A DNA stretch of 64,000 bases from Eledone cirrhosa. Taxonomy: Eukaryota. The stretch lies in the NCBI GenBank assembly GCA_964016885.1, contig OZ024747.1:66712001-66776000 (forward strand). The letters run 5' to 3'. Both the position numbers and the translations under genes were made by a program. The notes under the pieces are model-generated. The model had not been told where the DNA came from and did no database searches. It saw nothing but the letters and a program-made list of their open reading frames with translations. Below are positions 27,811-42,169 of the stretch, in pieces; position 1 is the stretch's first letter, and each line of letters starts with the position of its first letter.

Positions 27811-28464
27811 CGACTCTGGTAGTGTTAGGTGGTTTACTGTGTGGTCCTGGTGACTGTAGTAGTGTACAGTCTAATCGTTTTGATATGACATGTGTGATGA
27901 TTATTATGCTATGCGCAGACCGAGTTCAAATAATTTAAAATAGTACTTCATATTATTCAGTATATAAGATAATGTAGATTTAAATTAGCCAGTAATACAT
28001 ACGTTTTTCTATATAGAAACATTTATAAGAACAACATTTTTTTCATGTGGATATTAATACTAGTTTTGAACGTAAAACTGCTAAAATTGATAAATATGGC
28101 AATACTAAAACTTAGATATAACGTACTTACGTCAACTAGCAGAATCATTCACCTAAGCATGTACTCCATTTTGAGACTAACTAAGAGTTGCGTCCAAATT
28201 TGTGGTAACGGACGAAAAAATATGTTTTACTGTGTATCAATTCGTGTTTTAGTGTTCATGAAATTTGTTATATATGTTTGCGAGGAAAACAAAAGTTGTG
28301 TGCACTGTGTAACACGAGATAAACTGTAATATTGAGATGCCATGTGGTAACTGATAAGTAAGATGCAAAGCTTCTCGATAGTGACTATCGTTAGATGGTG
28401 GTCAGAATTGCTTGAGAGGAAAGTCACATGGCAGTGTGAGGGTCTCCTGGAAAACTAAAATGTG

Positions 28465-28650
28465 TTTTCTACTTTTGGCACAAGGCCAGCAATTATCCCA
28501 GTACTTACTGGTACTTTATTTTATCGACCTCGTAAGGATGAAAGCAAAGTTAACCTCGGTGGGATTTGAACTCAGACCGTAAAGGACCGCACCTCTATGT
28601 TGCAAAGCATGGCGTCCGACCTTCTACCGATACTGCCAATCCACCGCCCT
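28465..28650 (-). mobile_element. tRNA-derived SINE (main family)
   Basis: Reverse complement of the gggcggtggattggcagtatcggtag...gagttcaaatccc...ccttgtgcc consensus. Confidence 0.85.
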
Positions 28651-29217
28651 AGATGTGGTTTAGAATAATGTCACTATTTTTGAAATTCTAGTAGTTTTAT
28701 ACACATTTTTTCCCCAATAATTGTACTTCAAAACTACATTACCAGCAAAACAAATCTCTCCAGATTTATTCAGCAAATATTCAACTTTAAATGATTCAGT
28801 CTGCCAAGAACGAAAGATAAGCACCAATTTCTAATCTTTCAACTAAGCCAATTCTCTTTCATCTTTATTTTAGTAATTTCTTAACTTTAATCTATCACTT
28901 GCGACCACAAAACTAATTTCTAAAGAAAGAATGCTTTAAAATCTCTCGAGAGAAATAGAGAGGGAAAGACTTCTATTTTAATTTCCCTCCTATTAGCAAC
29001 ATTTGTTGTTTATTCAATGGAAAATAATAGTTTCTAATTTAGTCACAAGGCCAGCAATTTTTGGAGCCAAGGAAAAGTAAATATAATCGACCCCAGTATT
29101 TAACCGGTAGATAATTCATCAGTCTCTCTCGGATTTTAACCCATAAAGAGTAAGAACAAATGACGTCCTGATTTCACTGGAAAATGATAATAGTAAACTC
29201 TTTTTCATTCGTTTTAA

Positions 29218-29302
29218 ATATTGGGTCGTCAAGTATGAAATTTGTAGAAATTTGTTTTTGTTCTAGAAATTTCTACAAATTTCATACTTGACGGCCCAAT
29301 AT
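29218..29302. repeat. Fold-back hairpin (~36-bp arms)
   Basis: atattgggtcgtcaagtatgaaatttgtagaaattt versus aaatttctacaaatttcatacttgacggcccaatat. Confidence 0.85.
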
Positions 29303-29429
29303 ATATTTCAACGTGAAAGCCTAAAGCCAAAGTTACGAGTGGATTTGGCAAACTTCGTCATCGCTTCTGGAATGAGAGGAGGACAAAATAAGACAAGAGG
29401 CTGGTCTATGAAAATTATGTACTGACATA

Positions 29430-29607
29430 ATTCTTGAATGGCTCAGAATTTTGGACTCCATATAGGATATACATCAACTAACTTCACACCTTTCAAAAAC
29501 GTCTGCAGGCAATCTCGGGAGACAAAATATCTAGCACTGACATCTGCATTAAATGCAAAATTGGAGCTATTGCGACGCTGTGTTGGTCACATCATCAGAA
29601 TGAGTGA
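29430..29607 (+). mobile_element. Highly degenerate RTE-like relic
   Basis: LNGSEFWTPY...DKIS...VGHIIRMSD resembles the RTE motif LYGSE.WT.Y...GHV.RM.D. Confidence 0.5.
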
Positions 29608-29704
29608 TATATATATATGTGTGTGTGTGTGTGTGTATGTGTGTATATATATATATTCATACACACACACATACACGCGCGCGCGCACACACACATATCT
29701 ATAT

Positions 29705-29842
29705 GTGGGAAAAGAGCCAGTACCCCGACGTCTGAACTCCGGCCGTTTCGACAGCTAGATCATTACCCATTCTACTACCCTACGTATTGAGTACTATGGT
29801 GCGTTATGATCCACCTGGTGCCTTACCACACCCTCTTTGTTA
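29705..29842 (+). mobile_element. Palindromic half-hammerhead family, diverged one-arm copy
   Basis: accccgacg...ggccgtttcgacagcta followed by the family tail attaccc..ctactaccc...tggtgcgttatg...gtta. Confidence 0.8.
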
Positions 29843-29855
29843 TATATATATTTAT

Positions 29856-29929
<74 letters not shown>

Positions 29930-30553
29930 ATATATATATATATATATGAGAGAGAGATAGTGAGAGATGGGGAGTTAGTTATAGTGAGAGTTGGAGAAGA
30001 TAGCGACAGAGAGAGAACGAGAGAGCGAAAGTCGGGAAGAGTCTCTATAAATATAATTACTTTAATCCTTCACCATTTATATAAATAAGGCAATGTATTA
30101 CAATTGTAAATAATACAAAATGAAACCAGCTTTAACCTTTACGGTTTCCATGAACGTAAGAAATTTATTTAGAATCTACACTGATTAAATTCTAAATTTA
30201 ATAAAACTTTACATCAATGTTTCTAAGACTAATCCTCATCTGTTTCCACGATAAATATCACATCTATCGGTAAGAACTCTGCTATATCTTTATATGAGAA
30301 TTCACAATTTAGACGCAGTATTATGAGGTACTATTCATACATGAAATATAGTAACAGGAAAGTCACGCCGACAATTTGCTGGTATGGAAGTAGTCAATTT
30401 CTATTCTTTTACTGATTCCTGTTATTAGACACCGGCCATGCTAGGGCACCACTTTGATGTAGTCGATTATATCAACAGCAGTTTTCATTTTTTCAAGTTT
30501 GGTCCTTACTTAATCGATCTCATTTTTGTCGAACCGATAGTTGCAGGATAGAA

Positions 30554-30694
<141 letters not shown>

Positions 30695-30799
30695 AGAGAG
30701 AGAGCGTGAGAGAGGGGAGACAGTGAAAGAGAGAGAGAGAGAGAGAGAGATTGCTGAGATAGAATGACCACTCGTTTCAACTTAAATCCCACAATTATT

Positions 30800-31310
30800 T
30801 TTGAGTATTTGGATGGGAAGGGCAGGCAGTTGTCCTCTCTCTGGTGGCTCTAGCGAAATACGTCGTGTGGTGGATACGGCTCAAAGGACTAAAGACAGGC
30901 ACTTTCCTCTTCAGCCAATCCCTCATCAACTTTTTCAATTTCCCTTGGAAAGGAATGTGCTGGTAGTGAGGGAAGTACTGCCCACAGTATATTTGTTCAA
31001 AGGTGGGTGAATGAAGCGAGAATTGCCCGTATAAATGGGTCTCCTCTACCATACGCTTGTTAACTGGCTGTTTTGAAATGGAGAGGTCTGCTCTCCTTGG
31101 ATGCTATTGGTGTGTCGGGTGAGTTAGGATTAGTAAGGTTCCTAAATCCCCCCGGGCTGGTACTCTCCCCTATTAGGGAATTTTATTATTGTATTATTAT
31201 TATTATTATTTTCTTCTTTTTCTCCCTTTTTTTTCAGAAAACACCCATTGTCCATGTGTTTGTATTGTCGACTATATGCTGTGTGGTCAATAAAGAAATC
31301 ATTATTATTA
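30800..31310 (+). mobile_element. Tx1-like LINE 3' fragment
   Basis: gtgtggtggatacggctcaaaggact (VWWIRLKGL); ends tggtcaataaagaaatc(att)n. Confidence 0.8.
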
Positions 31311-31315
31311 TTTTT

Positions 31316-31346
<31 letters not shown>

Positions 31347-32129
31347 CCATCTTCATCATAATGATTACGAAATGATAATGTTAGTAGTAATGAGATGAAA
31401 AAACAACATACCGAATATTGTATATTTCAGTTTTCTATTCGTTTGATAGATGCTGTAGTTGTTGTAGTTGTCATTGTTATTGTTGTTGTTGTCATTGTTG
31501 TTGCTGTTGTTGTTGTTGTTTCTGCTGTTGCTTTTGTTCAAATTTAGGCATGTAATTTTACTTTCGTTCCATTTCGTTCATCATACAAAGACACGAGTCA
31601 TGTGATTAACATCAGAATCGGATTCAATTTTGTGCTGCTTCTTTATTTTATTTCATGCTGATTGCCATTCTATAGGCGTCAGAAACAATTATCCTAATGA
31701 GAAGAAGAAGAAGAAGAAGAAGAAGAAGAAGAAGAAGAAGAAGAAGAAGAAGAAGAAGAAGCTATATTGTCGTTTGACCAGAATACAACTCTTTGTTCTT
31801 GCTTCCCAACATTCATGTGTTAATAACACTTTAAAGCTTTTGGAATTCTAACTCAAACTCTCATTGTTGTTATTATAGTTGTTTAGCCTCAAATCACATC
31901 TGATCACATCTGATCAAGTAGTTCTGTGATCAAAGAGAATCTATACCAGATTTCACTATTTTGTTTCCAGGTGATGTGTACTTTAAATTACCCTATACAA
32001 TATGTCATGTTTAACCCTTTCATTAGTATATTCCGAATGAGACAGACTGCCCATGTGTTTCGGGAAATTTTGAAAATAATCGTGATTTTTTTAGAGATTT
32101 AGTAATATAATTAACTTTCTCATTATTTA

Positions 32130-32290
32130 GGCAGTATCGGTAGAGGGTCATATCCCGCCGAGGTTAACTTTGCCTTTCATCCTTAAGAGGTCCATAAAAT
32201 AAAGTACCAGGCAGGCACTGGGGTCGATTTAATCGACTTCCCCCTCCCCCAAAATTGCTGGCCTTGTGCCTATATAAGAAACCATTATTT
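32130..32290 (+). mobile_element. tRNA-derived SINE (main family)
   Basis: Family core and 3' end ccttgtgcctatataagaaaccattatt. Confidence 0.85.
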
Positions 32291-32739
32291 ATTTGGTGTT
32301 TGGAATATAACTTAGCAGCATTTCTTAAATGTATTTCAAGTGATAATGTTTAATAGAGTTACAGTTTTCAGTTTGCTGATAGAATAAAAGGAACGTAGAC
32401 AGCCATTTTTCATGTTGTTGGTAGTGATGTTGCTAATTTCGTTTATGCATGTGTTTGTAATTAAGTTTTATGTGTCCTTAATTGTGCTTGTTGTGTCCCT
32501 CATCTCAATATTATGTCTGTCGAGACGGTAGACTTAATGGGCGTATCTCGCCCATTTTATTTAATTTTTTTTCTTTAAATGAGAAAAATATATAAAGTTC
32601 AAATATAACGTCTCCCCTGCACAGGGCAAAGACGGAAATCTTACGACTCTATTAAAAAAATATAACAATTAATACAAATGATAAAATAAACTGAACATTT
32701 ACCACTTTGCGGAGCTCACAAAAACACGTCTTCACTGTA

Positions 32740-32982
32740 CACAAGGTCAGCAAGTGGGGGGCGAGAAATTTTATTAAATCGACCCCAGTATGTTACTGGT
32801 GCTTTATTTTATCGACCCCGTAAGGATGAAAGGCAAAGCTAACCTCGGCAGGATTTGAACTCAAAACAAAGCTGATTTAGACACAAGGTCAACAATTTTG
32901 GGAGAAGGGAAAGTCGATTAAATCGACCTCAGTCCGTTACTCGTATTTTATTTTATTGACCCCGCAAGGATGAAAGGCAAAC
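32740..32982 (-). mobile_element. Two tandem partial SINEs (main family)
   Basis: Two successive reverse-complement cores (aaggatgaaaggcaaa). Confidence 0.75.
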
Positions 32983-33139
32983 AATAATAATGATAATAAG
33001 TTAATAACTAAAATTGTAACATCGAAAGAAATTCTCATCGTTTGAGTTAACAAATCATGTGACGGTTAAGAAGATAATTGTAACTGGCAGAACAAGTTAT
33101 TTTAAATATTTAATTAAACAAACCTCTAAAAAATGAGGA

Positions 33140-33298
33140 GGATGATGGTGGTGGGGGTAGTGGTGGTGGTTGTGGTGGTCTTGGTGGTGTTGGTGGTGGT
33201 GGAGATGGTGTGGTGGTGGTGGTGTGGTGGTGGTGGTGTGGTGGTTTTGATGGTGTGGTGGTGGTGCGGTGGTGGTGAGGAGGATGGTGTGGTGATGA

Positions 33299-33373
<75 letters not shown>

Positions 33374-33415
33374 CGACGACGACGACGACGACGATGATGA
33401 TGATGATGATGATGA
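33140..33415. repeat. Compound (GGT)n/(GAT)n/(GAC)n microsatellite
   Basis: Seen directly; explains the poly-His/Met/Ile ORFs. Confidence 0.95.
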
Positions 33416-33745
33416 AGTAGATTAAAAATAAATGAAAGCAAACCAATAAAAAAACTCAAACAAAAATGAAAGAAAAATATGAAGACATGAACAACACCAC
33501 TTGATAATTCAAAATGGTGGAAGTCTATGTTTAAACTGAATTTGTGGCACTCTCTTTCTGCTTTGACTCTCTTTATTAAACATAATATATTGTGCAATTC
33601 TTTTATCATTTCGAATGTCTACTAATTTCAAATGTTGACGTTAAATAACAAAACAAATATAACTATGGTGCGATTGCTTTTGTCAAAGATGCTTGCTCAA
33701 TTGCCAGTTAATGTACTCACCATGGTAGTTCAGAAACTACTAAAG

Positions 33746-34400
33746 ATATCTTTCTTTATTTGCCACAAGGGCGTACAAAAATGGGATATTACAAGACGTG
33801 ACGATGGAGGTTTTACATAAAAATTATATACTTTTAACATTGATAAATAACAATAAACTATATATAAAATAAAATAACAATCGAAATTCCCAATAGGAAG
33901 GAACGTTGCTGCCTGGTTGTGTTACACCCCATAGATAGAACAACCCTCAACACCAGGAGCACGTTTTGTAGGTGTTCTTGTTATCCCTCTGTTTGTCTTC
34001 GTCAACCTACAGGTTTATATACAGATAAGGCCCATTCACTTGGGCCATCTTCGCCACATTCACCCACCTTTTAACGAATTTACTGGGGCGTAGCACCTCT
34101 CTCTCTCTCTCCACTCTCACCTTCCTTCTGAAGTGGTATTTCAAGAAGGGGATGAGTTGTTGTCCGGAGAGGAAGGTGTTTGTTCTCAGTCCTTTCAACA
34201 TCGTCCACCATATTACCTCTTTCGCCATAGCCACTAAACAGAAAAAACTGCCTCTCCTTCTTTCTTAAATGAAGGCGATGGGGTGATCCTCACGATGGAC
34301 TCGGCTGACAACTGGATGCGTCCTACGCGTGAGAGTAGCTGTTCAACATAATTCCACGGGTCGGTCACCCCTGGTGTGCAGAACAATTTCAATGTCCTGC
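33746..34400 (-). mobile_element. Tx1-like LINE 3' fragment
   Basis: AMAKEVIWWTMLKGLRTNTFLSGQQL...; 3' end ccttgtggcaaataaagaaag. Confidence 0.85.
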
Positions 34401-35085
34401 TCTAGCACTAACACTTTGTTTCATAACTGTGGTGTACATGAAGACATATACGATATATTTATGTGTAATAAACATGAACGAGTCTCGCTTTGAAGATTCT
34501 AAACCATAATCTTGACACATGTATCTCAGTAGCCTGTGAGAATATTCGACAATTGTTTCAGGGATTTTATCCGTCATCGGTGATATTTACTCACTCAGAA
34601 TTGAATCAAGAATAAGCTATATATGCTTTTGTATAAAAATTATCAGCTGGAGATAGTCATTTGCATATAAGCCAAATAAAACATCGGCTGGAGATGTTCA
34701 TTTGCATATAGTGCGAATTTTCCCTTGTGCGTACAGTATAGTACTATCTGTCTCTGTCTGTCACTCCTTCTCAATATTTGTCTCTTTCTTCACATTTCTT
34801 CACATTTCTCTTTCCTTCACATTTCATCTTTTTCTACCTTCGTGTTAATTGACAGCAGTTAGCTTGCAGCATTTATTAGAGACGAAGCAAAAAGAAATAA
34901 AGAATCTATGAACAAACGAAAATTCCAGGCATCACTGCGTGCTTATAATACGGAGATATAGATCTCCCTGTTTGTGTCTATCTTTCTCCTTCTCCATCTT
35001 TCTCTTAACTGACAGCAGTTTCCTTGCGGCATTTCTCAGAGATGTAAATATTATATATATCTTCACTATGAGCTTATAGTACAGT

Positions 35086-35166
<81 letters not shown>

Positions 35167-35626
35167 CTCTCCATCTCCCTCTTAACTGATGGCTGTTAAC
35201 TTGCAGCAGAACCATTAAACAAACCGACAGATTTCCAGCAATGAGAGAATCAATTTCTCTTTAAAATTGTTCAATACTTGTGTAAATTGAAAATTTATTG
35301 AACACACATCTACATGATCCCAATCAAAATATTAAACGTTGCAAAGCAAGATGTGGAATTATGGGATTGTTAACTAATGTATGAGCTTCAGTCATTATTT
35401 CTCCATTAATATGTGTTATATTTGACACAACATGGCGGCGAAGTCGTTAATGCATCAATGACAAAATAGCTTCACAATAAGCCTTTGTATAGATAATGAC
35501 TTCCATCCCATTTAAAGTACACCCTCCTCTGTCTATCAGTCTCTCTCTCTCACTCGGTATTTAAACTATGCACAAACACACACATGTATATATGTATATA
35601 TCTATGTATATATATATGTATATATC

Positions 35627-35672
<46 letters not shown>

Positions 35673-36883
35673 GTCAACACCACAATATGACATACACACA
35701 CACACATAACACCTACTTTAGAAAATAAAAACCCGAACTAAATAAACCTTAAACATACGTTTGCACTGGCAATACAACAGCAAACACGAAAAAGTCAGGA
35801 AAATATGTTCATTCAAAAATATTCCTACTAAAGGAATCATTTTCCTACACACACACATACACACACACAATATATATATATATATATATATTCTCTTCAT
35901 CTTAACATGTTAACCATACTCCCACACACATAACACCCATACACACACATAAAAACCCACACACCTACAACACCCTCCCCATTTCTACTAATAGAACCAC
36001 TTTCCTACACACATATATATATACACACACACAAAAAATATATATTCTCTCTATCTAACATACTCGCACACACACACATAACACCCATATACACACACAC
36101 ACAAGTCCCTCCCCCATCTCTACTAATAGAATCATCTTCCAATACACACATACACACACACACACATATACACACACACAAGCACACAAATAAACACATA
36201 TCTTCAGTCTCAATAGAAAATCTGAACTCTGACACCTGAACTCTGACAGCTGGCCATATTCACTGAACCAGAACATTTCTCCCAATCCCTTTTCCCTTGA
36301 CCACTATCTCTCCATTGTCATAACATTCACTATAAAGACTACAGAATAGTTTTCCAAATAAGGGCGCAAAAATGTAATGAAAACTTGTTCACGTGACAGC
36401 CAAATTTCATTTATAACCAACCAAAAAAAAAAAAAAAAAAAAAAAAAAAGCCTTCGTGAGCCTCATTTTTTCAAGTAAAGAGAAATTCAAACACTCATAT
36501 ATGAAAAAACAACCTGTGACAACCCCCCCCCCCCTCTCTTATTTGAAGAACTATTGTAACGCGAACTGGCGCGAAATTTATTATAATTATTGACAAACCA
36601 ATCAAATTACTTCTCGAAAAACCTGGTTTTCGAGCCAGTTTTTCCATATAAAACAAGTAACATTTAGAGACCAACCAGATGTGAGAAAAACCACAGACCC
36701 TCCATCTCAACTCACCTTTTGAAAAGCAGAAGAACTGCGAAACCGGTAAAGGAACCAAATAAATATATATATTTTTTTAAAAAATAAGACTTCAGTTGCA
36801 TTTTCGATTTCATCCCTTTTTCTTTATACTTCCACTCGTGTAGGACACCTCGGTTATTTTTCATTTTGTAAAAAAAACCTCAC

Positions 36884-37260
<377 letters not shown>

Positions 37261-37348
37261 TGATTGATAGAGTGATAGAGATATTGAGAGATGTACACAT
37301 TACAATGTTAATCGGTTGTATTCTCTACGTGTTCTAACTTATCTTTTA

Positions 37349-38224
37349 CTAGCAGTAAAGCCCGGCGTTGCTCGGGGTCGCTCAGTAGCTGTGTTAAAGT
37401 TACAGTGTTAAGTTTCTTTCTTGGCTTAAAAACTGTAGTGTCTACTGTGCAGACTTGCATGTGGTGTTTTTGATTAATATTCCCTCAACCAACAATATGC
37501 CTTATGAAGCTAAGAAAACATAACGATAACCCGAATGTTATAACAAAAGAGGATGCTGGGGATAGAAACTGCACTGGTTATTTATTAACAAAGATCGAAA
37601 ATGTAAACACTGCAACGCAGAGAAAAACATTAGCGTAACCAAATTATCAGTTATGTCTGTCTGCACGCCTATATCACCTCTCTGCACGACTGTCTGTCTG
37701 CACGCGTATATCACCTCTCTGCACGACTGTCTGTCTGCACGCCTATATCACCTCTCTGTACGACTGTCTGTCTGCACGACTGTCTGTCTGCACGCCTAAC
37801 GACGAAATATTTGCTTGTTTTACGTAGTCTTTAAATAGACTTGTTTTCAAGTAAAAATATTGTTTTAAAATGCTTTTAAATGGAAATGAAGCAAAACGGA
37901 AGCTTAGTGTTCGAACTGATGAATTTTGCAGGTCAATATTTTGCTGGCTCGACAACTGTTAAAGCCAGCGTAATTTTTTACGTAAGACGCTCAATGTAAA
38001 CAGAACAAAGGGAAATAACTGATAACTTACGCTCAAAAATCGATACATTATATTCGATTTCGTCACATAGGGTGGGTCAATTTGAAATTTTTTTTTCCGA
38101 TGTCTTCGCTAGGGCTCAATGTACAAGTATAGCAATTTCGGTGCAATTCCGTGAGAGATTCTAAGAGGAGATGTGTGCCAAAAATCGATAGACAGACAGA
38201 CAACCACAGTTTTATATATATAGA
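37349..38224 (-). mobile_element. Non-autonomous Helitron
   Basis: Minus strand: 5'-TC...subterminal hairpin CCCGAGCAACGCCGGG...CTAG-3', inserted between A and T with no TSD. Confidence 0.85.
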
Positions 38225-38362
38225 TTGCGCAGGTCAATAAAGAATCAGGAAATTGTGAGACGTTGTGAGATATGTAATAACAGCTCTGACTTTAGAATGA
38301 CATGCATAAATATATATATATATATATATATAAGTTAAAACAATGAAATAAAAAAAATCAAG

Positions 38363-38410
<48 letters not shown>

Positions 38411-38596
38411 CGGGATCTTCTGAAGAACGAGTTTCAGAAGATCCCGTTGAGCGTGAAAGCAGCGATTCTTTGTCTAAACTTTAATCTGTTATTTTAATAA
38501 ATATTTGCTTTATGGGTCTTATATATTTTTTATATATATTTATCCTTATCGAAGCCTCTTTGGATTTTAGTCTTCACGTTTAATATTATTATTATT

Positions 38597-38976
38597 GGCA
38601 GTATCAGGGCGGTGGATTGGCAGTATCGGTAGAGGGTCGGACGCCATGCTTTCCAGCATAGTTACGTCCCTTTACGATCTGAGTTCAAATCCCGCCGAGG
38701 TTGACTTTGCCTTTCATCCTTACGGGGTCGATAAAATAAAGTACCAGTAATGCACTGCGTAATTGCTGGCCTTGTGCCTAAAGTAGAGACAATTATTATT
38801 GGCAGTATCGGTAGAGGGTCGCACGCCATGCTTTGCAGCAAAGAGTTACGGCCCTTTATGGTCTGAGTTCAAATCCCGTCGAGGTTAACTTTGCCTTTCC
38901 TCCTTACGGGGCCGATAAAATAAACTACCAGTAATGCACTGGGATAATTGCTGGCCTTGTGCCAAAAGTAGAAACA

Positions 38977-39028
<52 letters not shown>
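38597..39028 (+). mobile_element. Two tandem SINEs (main family) with (TTA)n tails
   Basis: Two full family units head-to-tail. Confidence 0.85.
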
Positions 39029-39032
<4 letters not shown>

Positions 39033-40159
39033 ATATATATATATATGTGTGTGTGTAAGTATATATATATATACTTATATATATATATATATATGTAAAT
39101 ATCTTTAAGTCGTTTGGAAGCCTCGACAATGCAAATGGGTAAATCTCCGGGTAACAAGGTCCGGTGGTGGAGAGAGAGATGTAAGTGGGTGTACGTTGAG
39201 ATGCGTGGTGTGTATAAGATGTGTGAGATGTGTAGAATGAAAGGAAGGGTATAAAGGATAAAATAAAAATAACAACACAAGAGAGAGTTACCTTGGGAGA
39301 GATTTAATAGTCCCGAGATTTAATATATATATATATTAATAAGAGGAATTCCAACTTTGTCTGATTTACTCGTTTTATTTACAATCCTTTAAAATTTATA
39401 ATGGTATTATAATGAAATAGTATCATAGAATAGTAAATTTTAAGTGTTAATTGAACAAGTACTTTCATGCTTTCGCAATCTTCAGGTTCATAATGTGTGG
39501 TGACAGTCAAGTTTGCAATTTTAAACGGTAATGAGATGGGTAAATTTTGTACCTTATATACAGTGAAAAGTGGCTTCAGAATGCTAAATCTTGCAAATTG
39601 TATTTCGACCAATCGGTGTGTAGTTTCACTGAATTACTAAAGCTGATTGGTTTAGGCGCGACGGTTGGTTGGGCATGTTTAACGACCACTAATTGATCCT
39701 ATCCAAAGCATCAATTGTTTTGCTATTTTTAGAAATGATGAAAATAGCATTTTCTAGTAATCATCACCATCAACATCACTTTTATTATTATTATTATTGT
39801 TGTTGTTGTTGTTAGTGGTCGTAGTCGACATGGTCGTAGTCATAGTCATAGTAGAAGTAATACCCCTAAGCATTATTATTGTTCATTTAGCTTGGGTTTG
39901 AATTTATCAATAAAATTCTTTTCTTTGATTTTTCTCTTGATTTCACTTGGGTTGTGTAATTTGTAGAATGGGAATATTATAAATATTCCCTGACCACATG
40001 TTGCTAGATGGTTACTTAGGGGTATCTGACGGACATCTGCAAAAGCAGAAATCTAATTTACTGCATTAAATGCCCGAATTGTGAATAACTATATGTCGGT
40101 CAAACTGGAAATGCACTATCAGAACGTGCACGGGTACACCGTCAGCAAATCAGAGACCC

Positions 40160-40393
40160 AAATGTCTGTCAAATTTATTTATAAAACTGCTTATATATTG
40201 TATTTTATCTGAAGAAGGCATGCCATATTTCTAATATGGTATCCCTGAAATATGTATAATCAAATAAATATGGTTTTATAAATATAGTTTCCATTTGTTT
40301 AATATCGTATATCTACTCCAAAACTTGTTGAGTGCTTTATATCAGTTATAAAATATTTATTCGTTGTAACCCAACAATTTTAAATAAAACTTT

Positions 40394-40396
<3 letters not shown>
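40160..40396 (+). repeat. Diverged terminal fragment of the 13815-16395 element
   Basis: Similar to 16250-16395 and to the reverse complement of 13815-13900; ends aataaaacttttgc(AT)n. Confidence 0.75.
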
Positions 40397-40434
<38 letters not shown>

Positions 40435-40439
40435 TTACA

Positions 40440-40481
<42 letters not shown>

Positions 40482-41114
40482 AGTATATATAAGGCTGTAC
40501 AATTGAATTACAGTCACAGTATATCCTACGGGTTTTCATACAGTTTCAGGTCCACTCTATTTCACTCATAAAGGCTAGACCGAACGGAAGCTATGAGAGA
40601 AGACGTTTTCCCAAAATCCCACGTAGTGAGACTGAACCATAGAATATCAAGCTTGCAAGGTGAACATGTTAACCATTAAGCCATATAATATATCTACAAA
40701 AAGCAATATCAGCGTTCACTTCTTGTGGTACATGTTTCTTCCATTTAATTAATTAATTCTCGTTACTAAAATAGGATATCAGTAATCTGCAGTAGCCATA
40801 AATATCTCCTTGTGGTTCAGAAACTAAATACTTTTAATGTTTTATTCTCATTATACACACACTACGTGCTGCCACATTAAACCGTAAATTGCTTGATTCT
40901 TGGCCCATCCATTAGTTTTCATTATTTCCTCCGTTCACTTTTCCAAGCATATCGGTCGTGTAAAAGTACATCATGTCTGATCATGCATCCAGATGATTTA
41001 TTTCGTTGTTTTTCTATTTCAACTGTTCAAAATATCAATTCTTTGCGTGAACCATTATTGCTGCAGATGTTGACTTATTTAGTAATAATAAAAATTGTAA
41101 TAATAGTAATAATT

Positions 41115-41270
41115 AGTCATACCGGTTATTGTAGCGGATGCCTTTGGGGTGACAATAACAGCAACAAGGACGGGAATTGGGATCCATACAGAAATTCGTC
41201 AAAAGAAGGTAATATTAAAACAGCTTGGATCCTGGGGAACATTCTTCAAACATTAATAAGAACGACCAAA
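41115..41270 (+). mobile_element. Short R4/Dong-like 3' end relic
   Basis: PVIV..(GA)FG...QKKVILKTAWILGNIL resembles the Dong C-terminus; preceded by TAA repeats. Confidence 0.5.
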
Positions 41271-41934
41271 TAAATATATCTCCGTGGTTCAGAAACTAAA
41301 TAGCTTTTAATGCTTCATTCTCATCACAAACACACGTGCAGCCATTCTAAAACGTGAATTCCTTGTTTCTTTCAGCCATAATTTTTCATTATTTACCCAA
41401 AACCCATTTACTTTCCCAACATATTTGCCCATACACCTTCCCAGGCATGTCGCTTGTGTAACAGTATATTCTTATGATCATGCCTGCTCATGCACTCCTC
41501 AGATCTATTACTGTTACTTTCAATTTTGACTGTTTAAAAAAAATCAAACCAAATTCTTTATTATCAAATTTATTGCCGCGGCTGTTGACTGATTTATTAC
41601 TTTAACGAAATTCTCAGCAGTATTTATTTTTATTTTTATTTTCAGGCAAATTTGAAAGGAAGGAGGCAGCATTAATAATTGTCTTCTCAAATGGTAACCA
41701 GATAATCATTAATCCATCATTTCACCGTTACTACTAACTTTCTCTCTTGACTGTGCCTTCAACCATACACACCGGTAAATGTGTAATTCTTTCTACAATA
41801 TGTAAAGTGTAATGTGTAATGAAAATAGACGTCGAATATGCTGCAATGTAATCATTCTTATTCACATACTGATAAGTGTTACAAATCGTAAAATAATGAT
41901 TCAAAATAAAAGTTTTTTATGATGCTAGTAATAA

Positions 41935-42085
41935 ATGTTTCTAATTTTAGGCACGAGGCCAGCAATATGCAGGGAGGGGAAGCGTCGATTTCATCGACTT
42001 CAGGACTAGACTTGTACTTTATGTTATCAGTCTCGAAGGAAGAAATAAATAAATAACTTCTGCGGGATTTGAAATAAGAATATAA
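41935..42085 (-). mobile_element. Degenerate SINE (main family)
   Basis: ggcacgaggccagcaa...gtcgatttcatcgac...gcgggatttgaa. Confidence 0.6.
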
Positions 42086-42169
42086 AGAGACCGATAATTA
42101 AATTTAAACATCCTACTCTTTACATAAAGTGTTTACATACAGAAACATTTAGGACAGCTGTGATAATAA

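Noticed and set aside
38408-38470. 16-bp hairpin containing CTGAAGA and a downstream GAAA
   Set aside because: No credible stem III/UH site or stem I, so it was not counted as a hammerhead.
41646-41693. Possible 48-nt exon after a strong polypyrimidine acceptor
   Set aside because: Weak donor, short peptide and no recognisable homology.
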